Position numbers and translations under genes: made by a program
Notes under the pieces: model-generated
Database searches by the model: none
What the model was told of the DNA's origin: nothing
The model's input: the letters and a program-made list of their open reading frames with translations, nothing else
Part shown: one piece after another, positions 9,878 through 19,034 of the stretch
Numbering within the stretch: position 1 is the stretch's first letter
How the letters are laid out: the number at the start of each line of letters is the position of its first letter
From: Victivallales bacterium
Lineage (GTDB): Bacteria > Verrucomicrobiota > Lentisphaeria > Victivallales > UBA1829
Direction: 5' to 3'
Length of the DNA stretch: 64,000 bases
Assembly: GCA_045114455.1 (NCBI GenBank)
Contig: JBGUKN010000024.1
Location: forward strand, 3,904 to 67,903

Positions 9878-9954
9878 CGCAAATAAGTGCGCCTCACAAG
9901 TTTTTGTCCGGCCTTTTCGGCTGCGCTTCAGAAAAACGGCTTTTCTTTTTTCAT

Positions 9955-9982
9955 TTGCAAAAAACGAATATAGTGCTATAAT
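9955..9982 (+). promoter_or_regulatory. Sigma-70-like promoter (TTGCAA-16-TGC-TATAAT)
   Basis: TTGCAA at 9955-9960, a 16-nt spacer ending in GTGC, and TATAAT at 9977-9982. It sits about 100 nt upstream of the 10082 gene. Confidence 0.6.
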
Positions 9983-10081
9983 AGTTCGAAAAATATGCCG
10001 TTCCTTCCTTAACCGACAACGACCGGACTGTCCGTCAAAACGAATGGACGGAAGTTCCCTTTCTTGAAAGGTCACTTTTTC

Positions 10082-11365
10082 ATGACATCGGGGATCGCAA
10101 TTGGAGTCATCAGCCAGGTGCTGGCTTTGTGCGGACTGGTCAGCATCCGGATGTTCCTGCCCGTTTTCCTGTATTTTCTCGCAATGCGGCTGACGCTCGT
10201 CTGGCCGGACTATGCGCCGGAACTTGTCCGCCAGATGGCGGAACACACGCCCGCGTGGCAGACGTCAACCGTTTTTCTGACGGTGTTCGGCATCCTGTCG
10301 GTATTGGAGCTTGCCGCCGTACGGAATCCTGACATCAAGACGTTTCTGGTCGAGGACTTCGACCGGTACGCGAAGCCTGCCATATCGATCCTGCTGACTT
10401 GCGGCGTGATGACCACCGCGCAGGCGCTGGAAACCCGGAAACTGATCGACGGCACGGTGATGGTCCAGACGGCATCGTTCGGCGGGTTCACCGTCGCGAT
10501 GATGATCGTGGCGGGATGCGTGACCGGGTTCTGCTGCCGGGTCCGGTCGGGGGTGCTGGAGCAGATCCATGCGATCGACCCGGAGGATGACCTCAGATTG
10601 CAGTCGCTTTCCAATTATCTGGGAGAGATTGTGCTGGCGGTCATTTTCCTGGCGATGGTCTTTCTGCCTCTGCTGGCGCTGGTCCTGACTGGGATCGGGG
10701 TGCTGACCGGTTTGCTTTTCCAGCGCCTGTTCGCATGGTACGAGCGGAAACATTCACACTCGTGTGCGGCTTGTGCCGCCGCCGGAAGGGGGACTGTGAT
10801 TTCCGACTGCGCTCTGATCTGCCCGGAATGCGGCGCGGAACAGCCGGATGTCCGGCGGGTCGGCTGGTTCGGCTTTTCCGGAAGCAGTCCGCTGGACGGG
10901 ATGTCCCTGGAACGGCATGCGTTCCGGCTGCTGGCAGCCCACCGCTGCCGCTGGTGCGCCTCTCCGCTCGACCGGTCCGATGTCTGTTCCCGGTGCGGGC
11001 GCAAACAGTGGACGGACGAACTTCTGGCTTTCTATTTGCTGCAGACCGACCTGCGAAGCGGCCTGCTGTTGCTGCTGGCGCTGGGGACTTTCGCATTTCC
11101 GGTCGGCGGGCTGGTGCTGGCGCTGGTCCTTTTCCGTCCGCTGGCGGTGCGCCCGCTGTCCGTCCACTTGAGCGCAGGCAGCCGTTTTCTGACCGGACTG
11201 GCGATCATGTTCCTGAAACTCCTGATCCTGACGCCGCTGGCGCTTCTTTCCATGGTCCCCGTCGTGGGCCTGCTGGCTCTTCTGCCGTTTGCCGGGCGTT
11301 ATCTCTTTGTCCGGGCGAAATTCCTGCGCGCAATCGGACCTCATGTCACGCAGGAAAGCGTTTGA
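10082..11365 (+). CDS. Membrane protein: DUF4126-like N-terminal TM domain, two Cys4 zinc-ribbon-like motifs and a C-terminal TM domain
   Basis: ORF 10064..11365; ATG 10082 (MTSGIAIGV) is preferred over TTG 10064. Multiple TM segments are present. Cys motifs are CAACAAAGRGTVISDCALICPECG and CRWCASPLDRSDVCSRCG. I recognise no homolog of known function. Confidence 0.7.
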   Translation: MTSGIAIGVISQVLALCGLVSIRMFLPVFLYFLAMRLTLVWPDYAPELVRQMAEHTPAWQTSTVFLTVFGILSVLELAAVRNPDIKTFLVEDFDRYAKPAISILLTCGVMTTAQALETRKLIDGTVMVQTASFGGFTVAMMIVAGCVTGFCCRVRSGVLEQIHAIDPEDDLRLQSLSNYLGEIVLAVIFLAMVFLPLLALVLTGIGVLTGLLFQRLFAWYERKHSHSCAACAAAGRGTVISDCALICPECGAEQPDVRRVGWFGFSGSSPLDGMSLERHAFRLLAAHRCRWCASPLDRSDVCSRCGRKQWTDELLAFYLLQTDLRSGLLLLLALGTFAFPVGGLVLALVLFRPLAVRPLSVHLSAGSRFLTGLAIMFLKLLILTPLALLSMVPVVGLLALLPFAGRYLFVRAKFLRAIGPHVTQESV

Positions 11366-11605
11366 ATTGAACGGTGTGCCCGGCTTATGCTCGGAGAACT
11401 CCTTTATTACTGCACAAAAAATAGTTTATTTCCATTATTTATTCCTTGAAAAAAACAAAAAACGGTTTACTGTATGGAAATAAAGAATCGTATTCGCCCG
11501 GTCGGAAACGCATTGTTCCGCTTCCGGATAACGCCGAAGAAGGGGAATGCGGTTCGCCAATGGAGTTCAATCAAACATTAAACATATTTTCACCAAGATC
11601 TTTTT

Positions 11606-13606
11606 ATGGACTACGACATCTTATTCCAGCCGGTCAAAATCGGCAGACTCGAACTGAAAAACCGTTTCATGATGGCGCCCGTCGGGCCTCTGGGACTTGG
11701 CGATGCCGACGGAGCGTTCAACCAGCGCGGCATCGATTACTATGTGGAACGGGCGAAAGGCGGAACGGGCCTGATCTGCACTGGCGTCACGTTCGCCGAT
11801 TTCACGGTGGAGGAGCATTCCTGCCCGGGCGTGCCCGTTCCGACGCGGAATCCGCACCAGTTCATCCGCACCGGCAAGGAAATGACGGAACGGATCCATG
11901 CGTACGGATCCAAGATCCTGCTTCAGCTTTCCGGCGGCTTCGGACGCGTGTCGATCCCGGAAGACCAGGGCGCGGACAATCCCGTCGCGCCTTCCGAGAT
12001 CCCCCATCGCTGGATCGACAAAAAATGCCGTGCGATCACGGTGGACGAGATCCATCATATCGTCGCCATGTTCGGCAAGGCGGCGGCAATCGGGAAACGC
12101 GCAGGATTCGACGGCATCATGATCCATGCCGTCCATGAAGGCTACCTGATCGACCAGTTCGCGATCGCCATGTTCAACCAGCGCACGGACGAATACGGCG
12201 GGTCGCTGGAAAACAGGCTTCGTCTGGCCAGGGAGATCCGCGAGGAGATCGCGAAGACCTGCGGACCCGATTTCCCGGTGGTCATGCGTCTGTCCACGAA
12301 GAGCTTCATCAAGGACTGGCGCAAGGGCGCGCTCCCCGGCGAAGAATTCGAGGAAATGGGACGCGACGAGGCCGAAGGGCTCGAAGTCGCGAAACTGCTG
12401 GAGCAGTACGGCTACGACGCGTTCGATGTGGACGTCGGGTCCTACGACAGCTGGTACTGGTCGCATCCGCCCATGTACCAGAAGGACGGGCTCTATCTGA
12501 AGTACGCCAGGGCGGTGAAGGACGTGGTGAATGTCCCGGTGATCTGCGCCGGAAAACTTGCGAATCCCGATCTGTCCTCGCAGGCGGTGAAGGATGGCTG
12601 GATTGACATCGTTTCCCTCGGACGTCCTCTGCTCGCCGATGCCGATTACGCGAACAAGCTTCGCAGCGGCAGGAAGGCGGATATCCGTCCCTGCATCAAC
12701 TGCCAGGAAGGCTGCATGGGAAGGATCCAGAATTTCTCGCTGGTCAACTGCGCCGTGAATCCGCAGTGCGCCAGAGAGCGCGATTTCGCGTACAATCCGG
12801 TCCTGCGCCCGAAGAAAGTGGTCATCGTCGGCGGCGGCGTCGCCGGCATGGAAGCCGCCAGGGTGCTTGCGATCCGCGGCCACAAGCCCGTGGTCTTCGA
12901 GAAGGAACCCATCCTCGGCGGCGCATGCGTCCCCGCCGGCGTGCCCGATTTCAAGGACGGGGACAAAGCCCTGATCCAGTGGTATGTCCAGACCCTGAAG
13001 GAACTTAAGGTGGAAATCCACCTCGGCGCCGCCGTCACGGAGGAAATGCTCCGCGGCATGACGTTCGACGTCCTCATCATCGCGACCGGAGCCACGCCCC
13101 GCCTGTTCGATCTTGGCAAGGGCATCCCCGTGTGCGACGCGAAATCCGTGCTGAAGAACAATGCGGCCGGACTGGGGAAAGATCTGGTCGTGCTCGGCGG
13201 CGGCACGGTCGGCTGCGAACTTGCCCTGTGGCTTCGCGAATCCTTCGGCAAGAACGTTACGATCGTCGAAGCGCAGAAAGACATTCTTTTGCTCAATGCT
13301 CCTCTTTGCTCCGCCAACAAGGATATGCTGGCCGCTCTAGTCCGCTTCAAAGGATGCGGGATCCGCACCAATACCATCGCGAAACAGGTGACGGACACCG
13401 GTGTCATCCTGCACGATCAGGAAAAAGGCGGGGATTCCGAACTGAAGGCGGATGCTGTGATCGTCGCAGCCGGATTCCGCAGCGATGCCTCCCTGTATCA
13501 GGCCATGCGGGATGTCCCGGAACTCTATGCCATCGGCGATTGCAGGGAATGCCACAATATCCACCAGGCGATCTGGGATGCCTACGAAGTGGCAAACCAC
13601 ATCTGA
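11606..13606 (+). CDS. 2-enoate reductase / 2,4-dienoyl-CoA reductase-like FMN, Fe-S, FAD oxidoreductase
   Basis: An OYE-type N-terminal barrel (FQPVKIGRLELKNRFMMAPV, HAVHEGYLIDQF, RTDEYGGSLENR) is followed by the Cys cluster CINCQEGC. Dinucleotide folds are VVIVGGGVAGMEAA and LVVLGGGTVGCELA. Confidence 0.85.
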   Translation: MDYDILFQPVKIGRLELKNRFMMAPVGPLGLGDADGAFNQRGIDYYVERAKGGTGLICTGVTFADFTVEEHSCPGVPVPTRNPHQFIRTGKEMTERIHAYGSKILLQLSGGFGRVSIPEDQGADNPVAPSEIPHRWIDKKCRAITVDEIHHIVAMFGKAAAIGKRAGFDGIMIHAVHEGYLIDQFAIAMFNQRTDEYGGSLENRLRLAREIREEIAKTCGPDFPVVMRLSTKSFIKDWRKGALPGEEFEEMGRDEAEGLEVAKLLEQYGYDAFDVDVGSYDSWYWSHPPMYQKDGLYLKYARAVKDVVNVPVICAGKLANPDLSSQAVKDGWIDIVSLGRPLLADADYANKLRSGRKADIRPCINCQEGCMGRIQNFSLVNCAVNPQCARERDFAYNPVLRPKKVVIVGGGVAGMEAARVLAIRGHKPVVFEKEPILGGACVPAGVPDFKDGDKALIQWYVQTLKELKVEIHLGAAVTEEMLRGMTFDVLIIATGATPRLFDLGKGIPVCDAKSVLKNNAAGLGKDLVVLGGGTVGCELALWLRESFGKNVTIVEAQKDILLLNAPLCSANKDMLAALVRFKGCGIRTNTIAKQVTDTGVILHDQEKGGDSELKADAVIVAAGFRSDASLYQAMRDVPELYAIGDCRECHNIHQAIWDAYEVANHI

Positions 13607-13634
13607 GCCTTTGACCCTGACTTTAAAACACAAT

Positions 13635-13668
13635 CGGCCCCCGGAACCATCGCCGGCTCCGGGGGCCG
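13635..13668. terminator. Strong GC hairpin between convergent genes (possible bidirectional terminator)
   Basis: CGGCCCCCGGA (13635-13645) pairs with TCCGGGGGCCG (13658-13668), giving an 11-bp perfect stem. There is no clear U-run on either side. Confidence 0.4.
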
Positions 13669-13680
13669 AATCCTGTCATC

Positions 13681-15042
13681 TCATTTGAACTGCACCCAAT
13701 CGATGTGCATCAAAACGCCATCGGGCATCGTGACGAAGAGGTTATGCACGCCCTTCAGCTGTTTCAGGACAGCTGCGGAAGCGTCCTGCCATTCATCCTT
13801 TGCCTCGACCGGGATCCGTGCGATCAGTTCGCCGTCCACGGCGTCCGCATGGAACTCGATGACCCCGCTGCCGCCGACGCGCACAAACACATGGACGACG
13901 GCGGTCGACAGGTCTTTTTCCCCGAAATCCACGCGGTCGTATTCGATCCAGATCGGACGGCGGTAGTTGTCCTTGTTGCGGAACACCGTTTTCCATCCGG
14001 CGAACGGGTCCTCCGTGCGGTTGTACTCGACCCATACGTGGTTCTGGTCGCCGATGGCGGAATAACGGTCGATCTGGATCCGGTTGGTCGCCGGCGTGAT
14101 GCCCACGCCGCGCTGCGTCGGCGCGATCTGCTGAATGGTCCCGTCCTCGTTGAACGTCAGATACTCCGCGCAGATGGAGCGGTTCACATCGTGTTCGCGG
14201 CAGTAGTCGTTGTGGTGGTAGAAGAAATACCACTGTCCCTGATACTCCACGACGGAGTGGTGGTTGGTCCAGCAGTCCGTGTTCTGCTCCATGATCTTGC
14301 CTTTGTATTCGAACGGGCCCAGCGGACTGTCGCCCATGCAGTAGCAGATGCACTCCGTCTGCCGTTCGCACCACGGGAACGAATAGTAGTATTTGCCGTT
14401 GCGCTTGAACATGAACGGGCCTTCCTTCAGTCCGTTTCTCGGCACATTGTGGTTGACCGTGACGACTTCGGAATCCAGCTCCACCATATTGTCCTTGAGC
14501 CTGGCGACCACGAGGACGTTGCCCTGCGCCTGCCAGGTCAGGTACGGCGTTCCGTCGTCATCGATGAAGATGCACGGGTCGATGCCGTTCACGCCGGGGA
14601 TCGGCTTTTCCTGCGGCACATACGGGCCTTCGGGCTTGTCGGCGATGGCTACTCCGATCGCGTTGCGTCCGTCCTTCTGGTGCGCCGGAAAGTAGAAATA
14701 GTATTTTCCGTTCTTGAAATTGCAGTCGGGCGCCCACATGGAATAGCTGTTGCCGTCCACCCACGGCACCTTCTTCTGGTCCACGATGACCCCGTGGTCG
14801 GTCCAGTCGAACAGGTTTTCGGACGAATACACATGGTAGTCCGGCATGTTGAATCCCTTTTTGTTCCGCGAGCCGGGAGGCGCCGGAATGTCATGGGACG
14901 GGAAAACGTACACCCTGCCGTTGAAGACATGGGCGGACGGGTCGGCGGAGAATGCGCCGGAAATCAGGGGGTTCTCCGCGAACACCGGAAGTGCGATCGA
15001 TGCCGCGAATGCTGCGATGCAGATGGTTTTTTCGAGTTTCAT
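13681..15042 (-). CDS. Secreted glycoside hydrolase family 43 (xylosidase/arabinofuranosidase-like) with a C-terminal CBM6-like domain
   Basis: Signal peptide MKLEKTICIAAFAASIALPVFA. GH43 hallmarks are FSADPSAHVF, MWAPDC, IDPCIFIDDDG and LKEGPFMF. The C-terminal ~130 aa form a beta-sandwich-like region ending HIDWVQFK. Confidence 0.85.
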   Translation of the reverse strand: MKLEKTICIAAFAASIALPVFAENPLISGAFSADPSAHVFNGRVYVFPSHDIPAPPGSRNKKGFNMPDYHVYSSENLFDWTDHGVIVDQKKVPWVDGNSYSMWAPDCNFKNGKYYFYFPAHQKDGRNAIGVAIADKPEGPYVPQEKPIPGVNGIDPCIFIDDDGTPYLTWQAQGNVLVVARLKDNMVELDSEVVTVNHNVPRNGLKEGPFMFKRNGKYYYSFPWCERQTECICYCMGDSPLGPFEYKGKIMEQNTDCWTNHHSVVEYQGQWYFFYHHNDYCREHDVNRSICAEYLTFNEDGTIQQIAPTQRGVGITPATNRIQIDRYSAIGDQNHVWVEYNRTEDPFAGWKTVFRNKDNYRRPIWIEYDRVDFGEKDLSTAVVHVFVRVGGSGVIEFHADAVDGELIARIPVEAKDEWQDASAAVLKQLKGVHNLFVTMPDGVLMHIDWVQFK

Positions 15043-15153
15043 GGATGGACCTTTATTGCTTGGAATGGTTACGGCCGGGTTGTTTGTGTTTCTGAATTCC
15101 GGTTCGATGGACAGGCCGGGGCATCTGTCTCCATTCTTCCCCCCGGCATCCGG

Positions 15154-17106
15154 TCAATTTTCCTTCAGGTGCAGCAGCAGGATGCGGAGCAGTTCCCGCA
15201 TGGCGGCGGGACTGCGGTGGATGCTGTGCCCGGAATGGACGATCACTTCGCTTGCGGCGTTGTCAAGATGGCTGCTGGAATACGGCACCACGCCGTCTGT
15301 GCCGCCGGGATGGTCGGCCAGATCCTTGTCGCCGATGATCGAATGATAGACGAGTCCTTTTTTCATGGGGGAGTCCGCGAGGGCCTGGATGAAAATGGAA
15401 TCCGGGTCAAGATCATAAAGACCGGAGACGGTACTTTGACCGTCTTTATCTCCTCTTTCACGGCGCAGCCGTTCGAGCTCGTTATACTTTTCCTTGTTGA
15501 TTTTTTCGAATACCCGGGCGAAGAGCGGGAGTTTTTCCCGCAGAGCTTTCGGGAGGCTGACGAGCCGCGAGCCGAAGCGCGCGACCGACCACTTGGCCAT
15601 ATCGGATCCCCTGTGCGGCACGGCCATGAAGACCACCCGGTTGACGAACGGCAGCGGCGGGAGGACGGCGAACGTCTTGACCGCGTCCAGTTCTTCTTCC
15701 GAGAGCGATGCCGTGATCTCGTCCCATGAGCGCTGCGTTACCGTTTCGAGCATGTAGTGCGGATCGTCCTGCAGCAGCGTGCGGGAGACCAGGCCGCCCA
15801 TGCTGTGCCCGATCAGGACCATCTTGTCGAAGTTTTCGAGCGCCTCCGGCGTTGTGCCGAGTTCCTCCCGCGCCGCAAACAGCACCTGGCGCAGATTTCC
15901 GGCGGTCGCCAGGATCGGCATGCCGCTGGAGAAGGAGTAGAACCAGAACTGAAAGCGTTTCCGGATGACCGGGTCGTTTTTCAGCGAATTGATCATCTGC
16001 ACCCAGGTGTCGGGACTGGACATCAGCCCGTGGATGAAGATCACCGGGATCTTGTTCGGCTGGTACGGTTCGATCAGGAACAGCCCGGACTTGTCTTCCT
16101 GATTGTCGGATTCCAGCATGATGGAGATCAGGTTGCGGTCGGGCAGGCTGTTCAGGAAGCAGGCAAGCGGGGTGGAGAAGTCAAGCGCAAGCGGGACATT
16201 GTCTTCCGCCAGGAATGCGAGCTCCGAGGGGGCCGTTTCCTCCAGGGAAGTGTCCAGGTAGTCCAGCCGCACTTCCATGCCGTCCGACTCATTTTCCTTG
16301 AGTTCCACGATCAGTGTCACCGGGATCGTCAGTCCCCTCGGGCTTTTCAGCGTCTCGTGCGTCTCCTGCGGCGCGAGAAACCCGACCAGCGGGATCCCGA
16401 CGCCCGGCTGGCGGTTTTTCTGCATCAACGCCTTGACGGAATAATCGGAGCAGAGGGTGAAATCCTCGACCGTGTCGTCGGGGACGGAAAGATGATAGAA
16501 CGGCTTCTCAAAGAAATAACGCCGGTCCTCCAGGTCAAGCAGGCTGAAGGAATTGTTCGCCAGCAGTTTGTGCGCCTTCAGATAGCTGAAGATTCCGCGG
16601 CAGGAGTCATTGTAGATCTGCATCATGCGGAAGGAGGAGAAATTACTGAACGGAGTATCGTTCTCCTGCGTGGCGGCAAACACCGCTTTCGTGTAGTAAA
16701 GTGCCGAAAGATGGCTGCGGATGGCAAACTCCATGTCGCCCGAATCCAGCGCGGCCCAGCGGCAGAGGTCGGCGGCGATGCGCAGGTATTTCGGATCGTC
16801 GGAGATCGCATAATACTCGTTGAGCTTGTGCAGGGCCGCCACAGGGTCGCTTTCATAGTCGATCTGCTCCATGTTGCCGCGCAGGAAGTTTTCGGATTCG
16901 AAGGACAGCCCTTCGCGGGAGAAGGCCTCGTCCTGATAATAGCTTTCCATCTCCGACGCCGACGCGGACGAGATCGTCACTTCACGGCTTTGGACAAAAG
17001 AACATGCGGTCAGCAGAAAACATGCCGCAGCCATGATAGCCAGTTGCATGGTCAGGTTCATGCGGAAACGAACGGAACAAGTACCGCATCCGATGTTTTG
17101 TTTCAT
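15154..17106 (-). CDS. Alpha/beta-hydrolase lipoprotein (lipase/esterase-like)
   Basis: Lipobox FLLTAC after a hydrophobic stretch. Nucleophile elbow is GHSMGG, and the C-terminus contains DGVVPYSSSHL...HSGHSIH. The alternative start is MNLT at 17061. Confidence 0.8.
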   Translation of the reverse strand: MKQNIGCGTCSVRFRMNLTMQLAIMAAACFLLTACSFVQSREVTISSASASEMESYYQDEAFSREGLSFESENFLRGNMEQIDYESDPVAALHKLNEYYAISDDPKYLRIAADLCRWAALDSGDMEFAIRSHLSALYYTKAVFAATQENDTPFSNFSSFRMMQIYNDSCRGIFSYLKAHKLLANNSFSLLDLEDRRYFFEKPFYHLSVPDDTVEDFTLCSDYSVKALMQKNRQPGVGIPLVGFLAPQETHETLKSPRGLTIPVTLIVELKENESDGMEVRLDYLDTSLEETAPSELAFLAEDNVPLALDFSTPLACFLNSLPDRNLISIMLESDNQEDKSGLFLIEPYQPNKIPVIFIHGLMSSPDTWVQMINSLKNDPVIRKRFQFWFYSFSSGMPILATAGNLRQVLFAAREELGTTPEALENFDKMVLIGHSMGGLVSRTLLQDDPHYMLETVTQRSWDEITASLSEEELDAVKTFAVLPPLPFVNRVVFMAVPHRGSDMAKWSVARFGSRLVSLPKALREKLPLFARVFEKINKEKYNELERLRRERGDKDGQSTVSGLYDLDPDSIFIQALADSPMKKGLVYHSIIGDKDLADHPGGTDGVVPYSSSHLDNAASEVIVHSGHSIHRSPAAMRELLRILLLHLKEN

Positions 17107-17168
17107 GGATTCAGCTCCTCAGGTTTTGTTTATTTGATTCGCATTGATTCACAGCATGACAGACAGGT

Positions 17169-18224
17169 TCAGTGTTCGCGGAGCCAGCGGGCCTCCGATT
17201 CGCCGCCGTAGCGGGCGGGCGGCGCGTCCTTGCCCCGGCAGAGCCCCGGCACGAGAGAACGCGCCCGGAGCGAGCCGAAGCTCTCATTCTCGCGATGGAC
17301 GATCAGATCCTTTTCGAAAAGCAGCTTCGCCGCCATTCCGTTCAGCATCACGCGGATGTCGCCGCTCAGATACTGATCCGCGCCCGGCAGCATCGGCAGA
17401 AGCCCGGTAGTGCAGTTGCGATGGAGCGTGTTGTAGAACTGCGGATGCCGCTGAAGCTCCGCCGCCCGTTCCAGGATCGAAAGCGCCGTGTCGTGCAGGT
17501 ACTGGCGGTTCATGTCCAGACGGTAGACGTAGAGCGTTTCCCCGCGGTGGTCGACGCGCAATCCGTAGAAGTCCTCCGGCGTTCCGGCGAGCATGGCAAG
17601 TCCGTAGCGGCGGTAGATCCCGTCGATGCCGTTCTGGTCCGCGCCCTCGGGCAGGCGCGTCTCCAGCGAGATCGCGACCGTCGTCCCGTCCGCGAAGTTC
17701 AACCCAAGCATGGAATGGGCGATTTCCTCCATGTTGTCCCAATGCGAAAACACGGCGTCGATCGAGGATATCTCTTCCGGGTCGACGGTCACAGTGCGGT
17801 AACGTACATCGAAGTCGGTTTCGGAACGGTAGAGGAAATCACGCACGTTGCGGAGCTCGTATCTGCCGTCGTCGAGCTTGTTCACCTCCAGCGTCTGCCG
17901 CCACGGCGTCTGCCAGACGGTTTCGCGGAAACGGCGTTCCGGGGAGATGAAACAGAATACCACGGTGAGCAGGACTTCGATCAGCGCCGTTCCCAGCAGC
18001 GCCCAGTGGAAGAAGAAACTGGCGATCAGCGACGCCACCAGCACGATAACGGCACACCATGAAACGAAAACGGGCATGTCGAAAGCGTGGAAAAATGCTC
18101 CGGCACACCAGGGAACGCCAAGCGTCAGCACCACAAACGATACCCGGAAGAGCGCCTTCAGAGGCCGGCCGCGCAAGGCGGCTGTGATTTGCATCAGGCG
18201 TTTTTTCATCGTAATAGGCATCAA
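17169..18224 (-). CDS. DUF4105 (Lnb N-terminal domain-like) membrane protein
   Basis: Three or four N-terminal TM segments are followed by a domain containing YELRNVRDF, VDPEEISSIDAVFSHW, HSMLGLNF, YNTLHRNCTT and the like. The family assignment is from memory, not from a search. Confidence 0.6.
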   Translation of the reverse strand: MMPITMKKRLMQITAALRGRPLKALFRVSFVVLTLGVPWCAGAFFHAFDMPVFVSWCAVIVLVASLIASFFFHWALLGTALIEVLLTVVFCFISPERRFRETVWQTPWRQTLEVNKLDDGRYELRNVRDFLYRSETDFDVRYRTVTVDPEEISSIDAVFSHWDNMEEIAHSMLGLNFADGTTVAISLETRLPEGADQNGIDGIYRRYGLAMLAGTPEDFYGLRVDHRGETLYVYRLDMNRQYLHDTALSILERAAELQRHPQFYNTLHRNCTTGLLPMLPGADQYLSGDIRVMLNGMAAKLLFEKDLIVHRENESFGSLRARSLVPGLCRGKDAPPARYGGESEARWLREH

Positions 18225-18478
18225 TCTCCTGTTTCGAGGGGAAAAGAAAGGATTCGATGTTTAATTATTCATAATTTATACCATAATGGATAAAATACAA
18301 GTCCCGAACCTTGCGATGCCTGTTTTTTATCCGGTTTTTCGCCGCCGTACGGTCAGGCGGGTTTCGGCTCCGCGTTTCTTTCGAGCTGTCGCCGCCGGCC
18401 GGCCGTTTCAAATGCGCGCATGATCGGAATCCGCACGCTGTCCGGGATTGAGGCGGAAAAAACGGCGGGGGAAGCGGA

Positions 18479-18859
18479 TTACGATTCGATGACCTTTTTG
18501 CCGAGACGCTGCACGAGGACTTCATTGTGTTCGCCGAGGACGATGATCTTCGGCGCGTGCGTGGCGGCCTCTTCCGGCGTGTAGTAGCCGAAGCACATGA
18601 TGGTCACGACGTCGCCGACGCGTCCGAGGTGCGCCGCTGCTCCGTTGAGGCAGAAGACGCCGCTACCGCGTTCGCCGGGGATCGCGTAGGTCTCCAGGCG
18701 GTTCCCGTTCGTGGCGTTTACGACGAGGATGCGCTCGTAGGGCAGGATGTTCGCCAGATCCAGATAATCCGGGTCGATGGCGAGACTCCCCTCGTAGTTG
18801 AGGTCGCACGCGGTCAGCCGCGCGCGATGTATTTTGCCTTTGAGAAGTTCCAGCGTCAT
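18479..18859 (-). CDS. panD: Aspartate 1-decarboxylase PanD
   Basis: MTLELLKGKIHRARLTACDLNYEGSLAID, with the self-processing site G-S in YEGS, and ERILVVNATNGNRLETYAI. Confidence 0.95.
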   Translation of the reverse strand: MTLELLKGKIHRARLTACDLNYEGSLAIDPDYLDLANILPYERILVVNATNGNRLETYAIPGERGSGVFCLNGAAAHLGRVGDVVTIMCFGYYTPEEAATHAPKIIVLGEHNEVLVQRLGKKVIES

Positions 18860-18897
18860 GGGTTTCGGTCGTCTCCGTGAAAAAAATGAAGTATATT

Positions 18898-18925
18898 AAT
18901 ATACACCGCTTTCCCGGAAAATCAA
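18898..18925 (-). promoter_or_regulatory. Sigma-70-like promoter for panD (TTGATT-16-TATATT)
   Basis: The minus strand reads TTGATTTTCCGGGAAAGCGGTGTATATT, about 38 nt upstream of the panD ATG. Confidence 0.5.
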
Positions 18926-19034
18926 AGAAATATGCCGTTTTCGCGGAGATGCGGCACGGGCAGCGGGGAGCCGGGTAAAAAAAGGGACGGCTTCCGCCGT
19001 CCCGAAAAAAGGAATGCAGACCCGTGTGCGGATG

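Noticed and set aside
13705-17211. Long + strand ORFs 13705..15729 (674 aa) and 15757..17211 (484 aa)
   Set aside because: They are antisense shadows of the GH43 gene and the alpha/beta-hydrolase gene.
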